The position numbers were made by a program, and so were the translations under genes. The notes beneath the pieces were generated by a model that was not told where the DNA came from, did not search any database, and saw nothing but the letters and a program-made list of their open reading frames with translations. A stretch of DNA of 62,689 nucleotides. Origin: Thermoplasmata archaeon. Its GTDB lineage: Archaea; Thermoplasmatota; Thermoplasmata; RBG-16-68-12. The stretch is taken from NCBI GenBank assembly GCA_035557795.1, contig DATMDM010000098.1, forward strand, positions 1 through 62,689, given 5' to 3'. Below are positions 34,845 through 43,824 of the stretch, piece by piece; position 1 is the stretch's first letter; each line of letters starts with the position of its first letter.

Positions 34845-36320
34845 GTGTCGACGAGTTCGAGGTGTCGGCTTACGCCAGCGAAGGAAACGAAAGTCTGTCC
34901 CGTCTGTGACACTCCAATCGACGCGGACGCACGCGTGTGCCCTTCGTGCCAGACGGACCTGACCTTGTTCGACATCAGCGGGGGCACGGATCCGCTCGAG
35001 ATGCCCGTCAAGGACGGTCGGAGCATCGACGAGATCCTCGCCTCGATCATGGAAGGCAAGGAAGACCACCGCGAAATCTTCGAGACGCTCAAGAACGTCG
35101 CCCGCGAAACCCCGGAATCGGCCGAGGTCGGCGCCGAGGCGAAACCGAGACCCGCCACGGAGGCCGCGGCCGATCTGGGCGAGCAGTTCCTCTGCCCCGT
35201 CTGCGAGACGCTCGTCTCGGCGGACGCGACCGTGTGTCCGGGTTGCGGGGCGGAATTCTCCGAAGGCGAGGCGACGGAATACGAATGCCCCGTGTGCAAG
35301 ACCTCGGTCCCGGCGGACGCGGACCGCTGCCCGAGTTGCGGGGTCCGGTTCGCGGAAGACGCGCAGACCGCAGCCGCCCCGATGGGGAAGATCCGGCCCC
35401 CTCCGGTCGTCGAGACCGTCCGGGCGGAGGCTCCCATGGCGCGGTCGTTCGCAGGTCCCGCGGCCACCGCGAAGCCGGCTCGGAGCCCCCTCCAGAACCG
35501 GATCGACCAACTGCGGCGGACCCGGCGGGAATCGGAGCGCCGCATTCCATCCGGAGACCGAAAGCTCCTCTACCGCGAACTCCCGAAATTAGTGAACGAG
35601 GTGAAGCCTCTCTTGGTCTCGGCCAAACGGATCGGGCTCGAAATCGAGGAGGGGAAACGGATCATCAACGACGCGATCCAGGCGGGCAAGGGACGCGACA
35701 TCGAGCGCTCGGTCATGCTCATCGCGGACGCCCGGCGCACGCTCGACGTGGCGTTCGTCGACTTCATCGGCGGACAAATCGATACATTCCTCCAAGAACT
35801 CCGCGCCGCGAAGGGGGATGCAGGCGTCCAGGCGGCGACCCCGAAGCTCCAAGAGGCCGTCGGTCGGCTGGAAGCCGGCGACTACGACGCGGCCTGGGAC
35901 CGGCTCCAGTTGGCGCTCGGCACGTTCCAGATCGATGCGAAGGATTTCCACGAAGCCCGCCAGATGATCGATGGCGGCGATCGCCTCGCGCGCGAGGTGC
36001 GGGCCATGGGGATGGACCTCCGCGACGCCGAGCGACTCCTCCGCCAAGGCCGCGAATCGCTCGACCGGCGGGACGCCTCAGGCGCCTTACGGTTCGGGAA
36101 GCAGGCGCAAGAGCGCATGAAGCGAGACGTCCCGGCTTTCGTTCAAGAGGAGATGCGGAAAGCGCGCAACGAACTGCTGGACTTGAAGGTGCGAGGCAAC
36201 GACCTCTCCCGACCGATCGGCATCCTCAAGGAGGCGAGCACCCTCGTGAAGCAGGGGTCCTGGGGAGATGCGCTCCGCCAGATCCGCGAGTTTCACAAGG
36301 CGGTTCGAAGTCTCGAGTAG
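34845..36320 (+). CDS. Triple zinc-ribbon protein with C-terminal helical-repeat domain
   Basis: GTG at 34845; other in-frame starts include 34767. Ribbons VCPVCDTPIDADARVCPSCQTDL, LCPVCETLVSADATVCPGCGAEF and ECPVCKTSVPADADRCPSCGVRF. About 270 aa of repeated helical hairpins follow (AGKGRDIERSVMLIADA, EAGDYDAAWDRLQLA, DRRDASGALRFGKQA, KQGSWGDALRQIRE). Confidence 0.75.
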   Translation: MSTSSRCRLTPAKETKVCPVCDTPIDADARVCPSCQTDLTLFDISGGTDPLEMPVKDGRSIDEILASIMEGKEDHREIFETLKNVARETPESAEVGAEAKPRPATEAAADLGEQFLCPVCETLVSADATVCPGCGAEFSEGEATEYECPVCKTSVPADADRCPSCGVRFAEDAQTAAAPMGKIRPPPVVETVRAEAPMARSFAGPAATAKPARSPLQNRIDQLRRTRRESERRIPSGDRKLLYRELPKLVNEVKPLLVSAKRIGLEIEEGKRIINDAIQAGKGRDIERSVMLIADARRTLDVAFVDFIGGQIDTFLQELRAAKGDAGVQAATPKLQEAVGRLEAGDYDAAWDRLQLALGTFQIDAKDFHEARQMIDGGDRLAREVRAMGMDLRDAERLLRQGRESLDRRDASGALRFGKQAQERMKRDVPAFVQEEMRKARNELLDLKVRGNDLSRPIGILKEASTLVKQGSWGDALRQIREFHKAVRSLE

Positions 36321-36331
36321 GTCCTCGACAA

Positions 36332-38491
36332 TCACGGATACCGGATGACTTCCATCTCTCGCTCGAGTGTCTTGAGCTCTTGGTCCTTCAACGTCGCGGG
36401 CCCGAGGGAAATGATGAACGCGTAGCGACTCTCGGAGATCGCATCCAGCAGCCGTCGCACGAACATCAACACGGCGTCGAACGAACTGTTCGAAACCAGG
36501 TATTCGATTCCGTCCAAGAGGATGGCCCCGCGAGTCTGCTTCCCCATGAAGTCCTCGATCTCGTAGACGATTCGCTCGAGCGCAGGGGCGATCGTCTCCT
36601 CCGCAGAGCCCTCGCGGTCCGTGAGCCATAGGACGCGTTCCGTCGGCAAGTCATGGGCCTGCCGCACGCGTTTCGGGTTCGTGCGGGTGATGACCAGGCC
36701 GCCGCCCCCGCCACCGAGGAAATCCGTCAAGAGGCGGAACGCCCGGGCGGGTCGCTCCTCCTCTATCAGGTAGCTGCGGCCTGGTGTAAGCTCGTGGTTT
36801 GCCGTCGCGGCGCTCGGCGGACGGTCCGCCCGCTCCTCCGCAATCCGCTCATGCATCGGTTGCGCGATCGGTTCCGCCGTCGGTTCCGCGGTCGCACCGG
36901 ACAAGACTTCGCGGGCGAGATCCTGGGTGAGCGGGCGATGCATCAACGACGAGAACGCGACGACCCGATTGAAGGCCCCACCGAGCTCTCGGACGTTGTT
37001 GGCCACGAGGTTCGCGATGCACGTCAGCACTTCCCCCTCGATGGCGATGTTCTCGTCGCGAGCGCGACGCTCGAGGATGGTCACGCGCATCAGGAGGTCG
37101 GGAGGCTCGATGCCGGCGACGAGCCCGGATTCGAAACGCGAGATCAGGCGCTCGTCGAGGTTCGGGATCGACTTCGGGGCGCGATCGCTTGCCAGGACGA
37201 TTTGCTTCTGCGTGTCGTGCAAATCATTGAACGTGTGGAACAGTTCCTCGTGAACCTCCGGCATGCCGCTCAGGAACTGAATGTCATCGATCAGAAGGCA
37301 ATCCATGCCGCGCATGCGCTCCCGGAACGCGGAGAGGGTACCGACCTCCTTCGCGTTGGCGAGGCTCGACGCGAACGTTTCGCAGGTCATGTACAGCACT
37401 TTCGATTCCTTCGCATGGGACGCGACGTAATTCCCGATCGCATGGAGGAGATGCGTCTTCCCGAGGCCCGGCCCGGACGTGATGAGGAGCGGATTGTACT
37501 CCTTGGCCGGCTGCTTCGCGACCGCAACCGCGGCGCCGTGGGCGAACCGGTTGCTCTCTCCGACGATGAACGACTCGAACGTGTACGCCTGGACGAGATT
37601 CGTCGCCGCATCCCGCGCGGGCAACGATTCTTCGAGGCCCTTCCGCGCGACGTCTTCGGTCGAGTATGGACCGCCTTCGGGCCGCAGGGCCTGCTGTTGC
37701 TTCATGACGAGATCCAGGACCTTTCTCGTGCGCTCTTGCGAGTCTCGCCCTCGCTCCAGCTCGACCTGGCGACGCGCTTCGATCTGGCGCAGGCTCTCCA
37801 CCGCATCCCGGAGGCTTTCGACCTCCGTGTCGATGTCGGGGTGTCTCACGGGGTCCTTGAGTTTCTCCCGGAGAATCGCGGCTCGGGATTCGAATCCGGA
37901 AACGTCGAGGCCGGCCAACATCTCGCCGACGGCTTCGGCCTTCTTCACGCCGTCGCGCATCGCGACGACGGACGCTGCGAGGATTGATGGTTCGGCATCG
38001 AGGTTCGATTCGACGGAGGAGACGTCGTACCCTTTGTCCTTCCACGCGCGGATCTGCTTCTCGACCTCCGACCGTTCCATTGTCTGCGGGATCTTGGTCT
38101 TCTTGACGACCTTCGCGGGCCGTTCGAGGATCGAGTCCGCGTACTCTCTCACCAAACCGTCCATGTCGACTCGGGCGTGGAGCTCCAAGATGCACGACTC
38201 GTCGTAGGAGTCCTGCCAGACTTTCTTCAGCGCGCTCCGCCCGCGGTCTTGTGTGCCGTCCCGATGGTACAGGCTCGCCTCCGGGTTCCCGCCGCGGAGG
38301 AGGACGATTCCCTCGGACCGTTTCCCGCTCCCGCCCCGAACCGTGCGGACGTAGCCGGAGAACGAGTACTTCTTCAAATCGATGAGGAGCTGCTTGAGCG
38401 CGTTGGGACCGCCCCGCGTGGTACGGATGAGTTTTCCCTCTGGAAGGAGGAGGTCCTGGGGCGTAGAGGTCCCTCGGTGGCGACGGCCCAT
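36332..38491 (-). CDS. Fusion protein: DUF4388-like N-domain, coiled linker, bacterial DnaA-type AAA+ module, DUF835-like C-domain
   Basis: FESFIVGESNRFAHGAAVAVA...YNPLLITSGPGLGKTHLLHAIGN...CLLIDDIQFL...EELFHTFNDLHDTQKQIVLASDRAPKSI...ERLISRFESGLVAGIEPPDLLMRVTIL...NVRELGGAFNRV is collinear with DnaA domain III. The C-terminus GRSYLIEEERP...GLVITRTNPKRV...VLWLTD...ILLDGIEYL fits DUF835. ATG 38491 has CCTTTTTAGAGG 17 nt upstream, consistent with a leaderless transcript. The tracked start is 38551. Confidence 0.85.
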   Translation of the reverse strand: MGRRHRGTSTPQDLLLPEGKLIRTTRGGPNALKQLLIDLKKYSFSGYVRTVRGGSGKRSEGIVLLRGGNPEASLYHRDGTQDRGRSALKKVWQDSYDESCILELHARVDMDGLVREYADSILERPAKVVKKTKIPQTMERSEVEKQIRAWKDKGYDVSSVESNLDAEPSILAASVVAMRDGVKKAEAVGEMLAGLDVSGFESRAAILREKLKDPVRHPDIDTEVESLRDAVESLRQIEARRQVELERGRDSQERTRKVLDLVMKQQQALRPEGGPYSTEDVARKGLEESLPARDAATNLVQAYTFESFIVGESNRFAHGAAVAVAKQPAKEYNPLLITSGPGLGKTHLLHAIGNYVASHAKESKVLYMTCETFASSLANAKEVGTLSAFRERMRGMDCLLIDDIQFLSGMPEVHEELFHTFNDLHDTQKQIVLASDRAPKSIPNLDERLISRFESGLVAGIEPPDLLMRVTILERRARDENIAIEGEVLTCIANLVANNVRELGGAFNRVVAFSSLMHRPLTQDLAREVLSGATAEPTAEPIAQPMHERIAEERADRPPSAATANHELTPGRSYLIEEERPARAFRLLTDFLGGGGGGLVITRTNPKRVRQAHDLPTERVLWLTDREGSAEETIAPALERIVYEIEDFMGKQTRGAILLDGIEYLVSNSSFDAVLMFVRRLLDAISESRYAFIISLGPATLKDQELKTLEREMEVIRYP

Positions 38492-38777
38492 TCCCGAGGC
38501 CCCTCTAAAAAGGTTCCAACCTAGTTTCCTCGTTTGAGAACCGTGAGGCATCCGCCGCGGCGGTCGACGCGCACTCGCGATGCGAAAGGACTATGACGGT
38601 TGCAAAGTCAGGGCATAACAGACCTGGCTCGGATATCGGACACTCTCATTGCGAAGTCCGACGTGCTAATCTTCCGCGCTTCCAAGTCGGCCCACAGTCG
38701 GACTACTTCGGGCGGCGGAAAGCCTCATCTGGTTTCCACGAGCCGTGCCGCAATCACCTGGTTTTGGGAAGGTCGAG

Positions 38778-38999
38778 TCAAGCGCGCGATGGTCGCCGCT
38801 GGCTCCTCCACAGAACGAACAGGAGTGCGAAGGCCAGCAGGTACAAAACCGTAATGACCGCCGGATTCGGGATGGCCCTGTCGAATCCGTCCGGCGTGTA
38901 GGCGCGGATGAGGTTCAAGGTCAAGGCCACAGCCAATGCAAGAAGAATGACGACTGCGGCAACGATAAGAGAGTCGCGGACGAAATTCCAGGGTGGCAT
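38778..38999 (-). CDS. Hypothetical small 2-TM protein
   Basis: 73 aa, with LIVAAVVILLALAVALTLNLI and VITVLYLLAFALLFVLW. Confidence 0.35.
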   Translation of the reverse strand: MPPWNFVRDSLIVAAVVILLALAVALTLNLIRAYTPDGFDRAIPNPAVITVLYLLAFALLFVLWRSQRRPSRA

Positions 39000-39047
39000 G
39001 CCGAAACATCTATCCCTTGGTTACGGCAAAGCTCTTCCGGCGGGGAA

Positions 39048-39323
39048 TCACCTGATTTTGGCACTTGGCGGGAGAATACCCTCTTGTCTTCGAGCGCGGA
39101 GTATGACAAATCGAACGAGCAAGACGACGCCCACAAGTACTGCGAAAAGCAAGCCTTCGACCGCTCCAAAGAAACGGACCAAAAGCACGCCGCCGATGAA
39201 CGCAAGCATCGTGAGGAGTTTCTCAACGCTGTATTCGGCCGGTGCCTTCTTTGGGACCTTCCTGGCGCGCTTTGGGACACGCGGCGCAAGAATGACCGGC
39301 GACGCGGATGCATCGTTTTCCAT
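39048..39323 (-). CDS. Hypothetical small membrane protein
   Basis: ATG 39323 (MENDASASP), basic linker, then LLTMLAFIGGVLLVRFFGAVEGLLFAVLVGVVLLV. Confidence 0.35.
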   Translation of the reverse strand: MENDASASPVILAPRVPKRARKVPKKAPAEYSVEKLLTMLAFIGGVLLVRFFGAVEGLLFAVLVGVVLLVRFVILRARRQEGILPPSAKIR

Positions 39324-39568
39324 GCAGAAACCTCTATCTCTCCATGTCGGCAAATTCCTTTCGATTCGGGACATCGGGGCCGCGTTGCCGTGAGCCGCCG
39401 GCCGCTACGCTGAACCGTGGGAAAGAAAAAAGGAAAGGGGGCAAGGGCCAACGGCCCGCCCACATGCTGGGAACACGGGGACAGATGAACGGTCTTCGTG
39501 GGAATCTCTTACGCTCCGACTTCGTCACCGATAGGACTATTATGCTCCGGGATTTTGCGTCGTATGTG

Positions 39569-40816
39569 ATGGCCCGGGACTTCTTCACGATGGATGACTT
39601 TGACCTCTCGGGCCGCACGGTCCTCCTGCGAGTGGACATCAACTCTCCGATCGACCCTGCGACCGGCGAACTCCTGAACGATGCGAGGATCCGGGAGCAC
39701 CTGCTCACGATCCGGGAGCTGCGAGGAGCGAAGGTCGTGTTGCTTGCGCACCAGTCGCGACCGGGAAGGGACGACTTCACGACCCTCGAGGTGCACGCAG
39801 AGCGGATCGCCGCACTCCTGGGACGCACCGTGCGGTACGTTCCGAGTCTCTTCGGTCGGCCCGCAATCGAAGCGATCGAGTCGATGCACGTCGGGGACGT
39901 CATCGTGCTCGAAAACACCCGCTTCTATTCGGAGGAAGAAGCGCTCGCGGACACGAAGCTCGAGAAGATGGCGAAGACCCACATCGTGAGCCGGCTCGCA
40001 CCGCACGCGGACTTCTTCGTCCTCGATGCGTTCGCCGCGGCCCACCGGGCGCAACCGAGCCTCGTCGGGTTCTGCGAGGTCCTGCCCTCCCTCGCGGGTC
40101 GCGTGATGGAGCGCGAGCTAATGATGCTCACCCAGGCGGTCCAGCAGCCCGAGCGACCGAAGATCGCGCTGCTCGGAGGCGTGAAGGCCGACGACTCCAT
40201 CGCGGTTGCGCGGCACATGCTCGAGAAAGACCTCGTCGACAGCGTCCTCACGTCCGGAGGTGTCGCGAACCTGTTCCTCGATGCGGCGGGAATCGACCCC
40301 GGTAAGCCGACGAGCGACTTCATGCGCCGAGAAGTCGAAGACTACGATGCGCACCGGGCGATGTGCAAAGAACTCCTCGCACGGTTTCCCGGTCGGATCC
40401 TGCGGCCCATGGACGTCGTCCTGAACGACGACGGCGTGCGGAAGCCCGTCCCGGTGTCCGATCTCCCGGCGAAATGGCCCGTGTACGACATCGGACTGGA
40501 CACGATCGCCCATTACGTCGACGAGATCCACCGCGCGAAGACGATCTTCGTCAACGGTCCGGCGGGCGTCTTCGAACTCGAGCCGTTCTCGGTCGGCACC
40601 CGCGAGCTCCTCACCGCGGTCGCGGAGGCGGACGGCTTCTCGATCGTCGGCGGCGGACACACCGTCGCAGCGGTCGAACAATTCGGGTTGGCGGATCGGA
40701 TCGATCACGTGAGCACGGGCGGAGGAGCGCTCATCAATTTCCTCGCGGGGAGAGAACTCCCGCTCGTCACCGCGCTCAAGCATTCGTACAAGAAATTCGC
40801 GAAGACCAAGAAATAG
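39569..40816 (+). CDS. pgk: Phosphoglycerate kinase (archaeal type)
   Basis: MARDFFTMDDFDLSGRTVLLRVDINSPI, LLAHQSRPG, VLENTRF and STGGGALINFL. Alternative ATGs at 39542 and 39590. Confidence 0.9.
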   Translation: MARDFFTMDDFDLSGRTVLLRVDINSPIDPATGELLNDARIREHLLTIRELRGAKVVLLAHQSRPGRDDFTTLEVHAERIAALLGRTVRYVPSLFGRPAIEAIESMHVGDVIVLENTRFYSEEEALADTKLEKMAKTHIVSRLAPHADFFVLDAFAAAHRAQPSLVGFCEVLPSLAGRVMERELMMLTQAVQQPERPKIALLGGVKADDSIAVARHMLEKDLVDSVLTSGGVANLFLDAAGIDPGKPTSDFMRREVEDYDAHRAMCKELLARFPGRILRPMDVVLNDDGVRKPVPVSDLPAKWPVYDIGLDTIAHYVDEIHRAKTIFVNGPAGVFELEPFSVGTRELLTAVAEADGFSIVGGGHTVAAVEQFGLADRIDHVSTGGGALINFLAGRELPLVTALKHSYKKFAKTKK

Positions 40817-40875
40817 GCGGCCGGTCGCCGGTCGGTCCGCGAACCCGATATATACGCGGAGGCTTTGGCCTCCCG

Positions 40876-42237
40876 ATGGTCCGTCTGCGCAGACCGCCGG
40901 AATGGGGCGTCGAACCCGTGCCGCCGGCGTTGCGAGTCCTGCGGACCTTCGACCTGTTCGTGCTGTGGTCGAGCCTCGGCGTCGGGCTCCTCGTCCTGGC
41001 CGCGGGGACGCTCCTCATCGGAGTTGGTGGCTTCGGATTCGGCCTGACGCTGGCCGAGTCCGCGGTGGTCGCCCTCGTCGGTTCCGTCCTGGGGAGCGTG
41101 ATGCTCGCGGCCGCCGCGCACCACGGGAGCCGGGCGGGCGTCCCGACGATGGTCAGCCTGCGTCCGATCCTCGGCCGACGGGGGTCGTACATCCCGACGG
41201 CACTGAACGTGTTCCAGCTCCTCGGCTGGGCAGCGTTCGAACTCCTCGTGATGGGGATTGCGGCAGCGACGCTTGCTGGGAACGTATTCGGGCCGTCCAC
41301 CGCCGCTCTCTTCATCCCAATCTTCGGTGCGGTCGTCGCAGCACTTGCCCTCGGAGGCCCGCTCGCGGTCATCCGGGCTTGGCTCGAGAAGTTCGCGATC
41401 TGGCTCGTCTACGCTTCGACGGCGGCGATCGCGATTGCGCTCATCCTGAAAGGACCCGACCTCGGCATCCGATACGCCCCGCAATACTTCTCGGGGACCG
41501 CCTCGATCCTCCTGGCTCTCGACCTGGTGATCGCGATGCCCGTGTCCTGGTGGCCGCTGATCTCCGACTACAACCGGTTCGCGCGATCCTCGAAAGACTC
41601 GCTGATCGGGACCGCCGCGGGCTACACGATCGCGAACACGGTGTTCTACATGCTCGGTGCCGGGCTGATGGCGCTTGGGATCGCGCTCGGGCAGCCGAAC
41701 TTTCTGGCAGTCATCGGCTTACTGGGCCTTGGTGCGTTCCCCCTCCTCATCATCCTCGTGGACGAAACCGACAACGCGTTCGCGAACGTCTACTCGACCG
41801 CGGTGTCGATCCAGAATCTGGCGCCGAGGCGACGTCAATTGATGTTCATTGCCGCCGCGACCGTCGTTGCCATGGCCGGGGCCGCGTTCCTCTGGACCCG
41901 GGGCGAGGGAATTGGAGGCGGATACGAAGGGTTCCTGTTCCTGATCGGCGGTTTGTTCGTGCCGCTCCTCGGAGTCGTTATCGCGGATTCGTTCGTGGTG
42001 CGTCGGGGGACCTACGCGCCCGGAGAGTTCTTCCAAAATTCCCCACGGTGGCGATGGTCCGCCTTTGCGAGTTGGATCCCGGGTGTGGCCCTGTATTTCG
42101 TGATTGTGGCCTTTGCGCTCCCGATCGGCGCGACCCTGCCCTCGTTCGCTCTCGCTGCCGGACTCCACATCTTGCTTTCCCGAGTGGAGTCTGCCCTGAC
42201 GAGGCCCACATCGGTGGCGGTCAGCGGCGATCCTTGA
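40876..42237 (+). CDS. NCS1-type (purine-cytosine/CodB-like) permease
   Basis: Start at ATG 40876; the upstream part of the tracked ORF overlaps pgk. About 12 TM segments. Pattern FDLFVLWSS...PTMVSLRPILG...PLISDYNRF. Confidence 0.75.
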   Translation: MVRLRRPPEWGVEPVPPALRVLRTFDLFVLWSSLGVGLLVLAAGTLLIGVGGFGFGLTLAESAVVALVGSVLGSVMLAAAAHHGSRAGVPTMVSLRPILGRRGSYIPTALNVFQLLGWAAFELLVMGIAAATLAGNVFGPSTAALFIPIFGAVVAALALGGPLAVIRAWLEKFAIWLVYASTAAIAIALILKGPDLGIRYAPQYFSGTASILLALDLVIAMPVSWWPLISDYNRFARSSKDSLIGTAAGYTIANTVFYMLGAGLMALGIALGQPNFLAVIGLLGLGAFPLLIILVDETDNAFANVYSTAVSIQNLAPRRRQLMFIAAATVVAMAGAAFLWTRGEGIGGGYEGFLFLIGGLFVPLLGVVIADSFVVRRGTYAPGEFFQNSPRWRWSAFASWIPGVALYFVIVAFALPIGATLPSFALAAGLHILLSRVESALTRPTSVAVSGDP

Positions 42238-42258
42238 CTCGGGCCCAGAGTGCCGCGC

Positions 42259-43614
42259 TCAAGACTCCCAGGCAACGACGACCTGCGGCAACGGAGCGAC
42301 CGTCCCGTCGCTCCGAGTGTACGTGGTCAACGTATCATCCGTGAAGATGATCGCTGCCTTGCCGCTCAACGGGTTGATCGCAATTTCAAACAGGTCGAGC
42401 AGATTCCGTGTGCCTCGGGCGCAGCCAGTGCCGAATGTGCAGATCACCCCGACGTGGTTCGGGTGCGCGGACAGGGTGGCCTGCGTGAAATGCGAACCGT
42501 CGTCCGTCGTTTGGGCCATGTACGTGTTCCACACCGCCGCGGCATCGTCCTTGCTCGACGCCGTCGTACCATAGAACACGACGTCGACTTTACCGCCGAA
42601 CGCCGCGATCCATGGGAAGACCGCTGTCGCGGCATCCCCCGTGTTCACCGAAACAGCCGAAGTCCAGCTCATCCCGTGGTCGGAGGACGCCGCGAACCAG
42701 ACTGTGTGGGCGTCGGACCATGCGGCGTACAGCTTCCCGTTCGTCGGATCCACCGCGAGAGCTGGGAAGACGTTGTTCAGTGCGGTGTTGACTGGCGCAT
42801 GGAACACGATCGTCGGACTCCAAGTCTGACCCTGGTCGACGCTCCGTGAGACGACGATGTTGTTGAAGTTTGCGCTCGTCGCCTTCTGGTGGCCGCCCTG
42901 TCCCGCGGCGTAGATCGCGAACACGGAGTGCGTGGTCGGGTCCGCGACGATCGGGCCTTGGTCGTTGTTGAATGTCGACATCGCGGTTAGGCCGCCCTGG
43001 CCAGTGATCGGATCTCCGGCGCGCACCCAGGTAAAGCCGTCGTCATCTGATCGCCACACATGGATCAGGGTGCTCGAGCCGCTGTCGTGATACGAAAGGT
43101 AAACCGTCGCACCGTCCGACGTGATCCACGAGCGATCCACCTGGGTCGTATCGAGGATTTGTGCCTTGCAGTTCGCGAAGTTGTTGGAGGTGTCCGCGTT
43201 TCGGCAGGTAATCGCGGAGACGCCGAACCGAGCGGCGGTAAAAGGCGGGTTGATCAACGCAATCAATGAGGTGAAGTGCAACGTACCCGTCGACCCGATG
43301 TCCGCATCCGCATCCTCACCTCCCAACTGCCCGGAGACAATTCCGTTGTCAGGGATCCCTTGGAACGCGGGGGACGAGCCGAAGGCGGTTTTCCACACAT
43401 TCGTTCCGAAAGTGATCCACGAGAGCGAAGTGAAAACCGTGGTTCCGTCTGGCCCAATCGTGACCGCGGGCTCGCTGCTCCCGCTACTCAGCAACAACGA
43501 TGTGTTCGAGAACGTGATCGAGCTCGTGGCAACGGGCTTCGCGGCACTCACCGTCGAGCCGAGCATGGAGAGAGAGACCGCCACAACGAACAACGCAATG
43601 AAGCCATACCGCAT
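42259..43614 (-). CDS. Secreted BNR-repeat (sialidase-like beta-propeller) protein
   Basis: Signal peptide MRYGFIALFVVAVSLSMLGSTVSA. BNR motifs SDDDGFTW, SVDQGQTW, SSDHGMSW and TTDDGSHF. Confidence 0.8.
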   Translation of the reverse strand: MRYGFIALFVVAVSLSMLGSTVSAAKPVATSSITFSNTSLLLSSGSSEPAVTIGPDGTTVFTSLSWITFGTNVWKTAFGSSPAFQGIPDNGIVSGQLGGEDADADIGSTGTLHFTSLIALINPPFTAARFGVSAITCRNADTSNNFANCKAQILDTTQVDRSWITSDGATVYLSYHDSGSSTLIHVWRSDDDGFTWVRAGDPITGQGGLTAMSTFNNDQGPIVADPTTHSVFAIYAAGQGGHQKATSANFNNIVVSRSVDQGQTWSPTIVFHAPVNTALNNVFPALAVDPTNGKLYAAWSDAHTVWFAASSDHGMSWTSAVSVNTGDAATAVFPWIAAFGGKVDVVFYGTTASSKDDAAAVWNTYMAQTTDDGSHFTQATLSAHPNHVGVICTFGTGCARGTRNLLDLFEIAINPLSGKAAIIFTDDTLTTYTRSDGTVAPLPQVVVAWES

Positions 43615-43824
43615 ACGACGCCCTCCTCGGAGCACTCCGGCGAAGGGAAGGGCCCGCCAAATACCTTTCGCGAACGACCGAAGAGTTGTTCGGATCAAAC
43701 TCGCGTTATCGGTTATGAGATTACCGATACCTATGTGAATAGTAATGCTGCGGATTCTCGTTCGGAAGCGAACGGCGCAGACCGTGACTCCGGAGGGAGC
43801 GCCCACTCCCCGGAACTTGATCGG

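Noticed and set aside
33929-36631. ORFs 33929..35545 (-) 538 aa and 34937..36631 (+) 564 aa
   Set aside because: Both overlap the KaiC-like and triple-ribbon genes in other frames and are extremely Arg/Pro/Gly-rich. The chosen frames carry Walker motifs and CPxCG ribbons.
36321-38777. Bacterial-type replication origin (DnaA boxes and an AT-rich unwinding element) next to the DnaA-like gene
   Set aside because: Flanking non-coding DNA is short (11 nt on one side) or GC-rich (38492-38777). By eye there is no AT-rich stretch and no repeated 9-mer or ORB-like element. The protein also lacks the DnaA-box-binding domain IV.
40363-40875. 171-codon N-terminal extension of the permease ORF
   Set aside because: It overlaps the 3' half of pgk in another frame and is Arg-rich. 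The hydrophobic permease sequence begins at ATG 40876.
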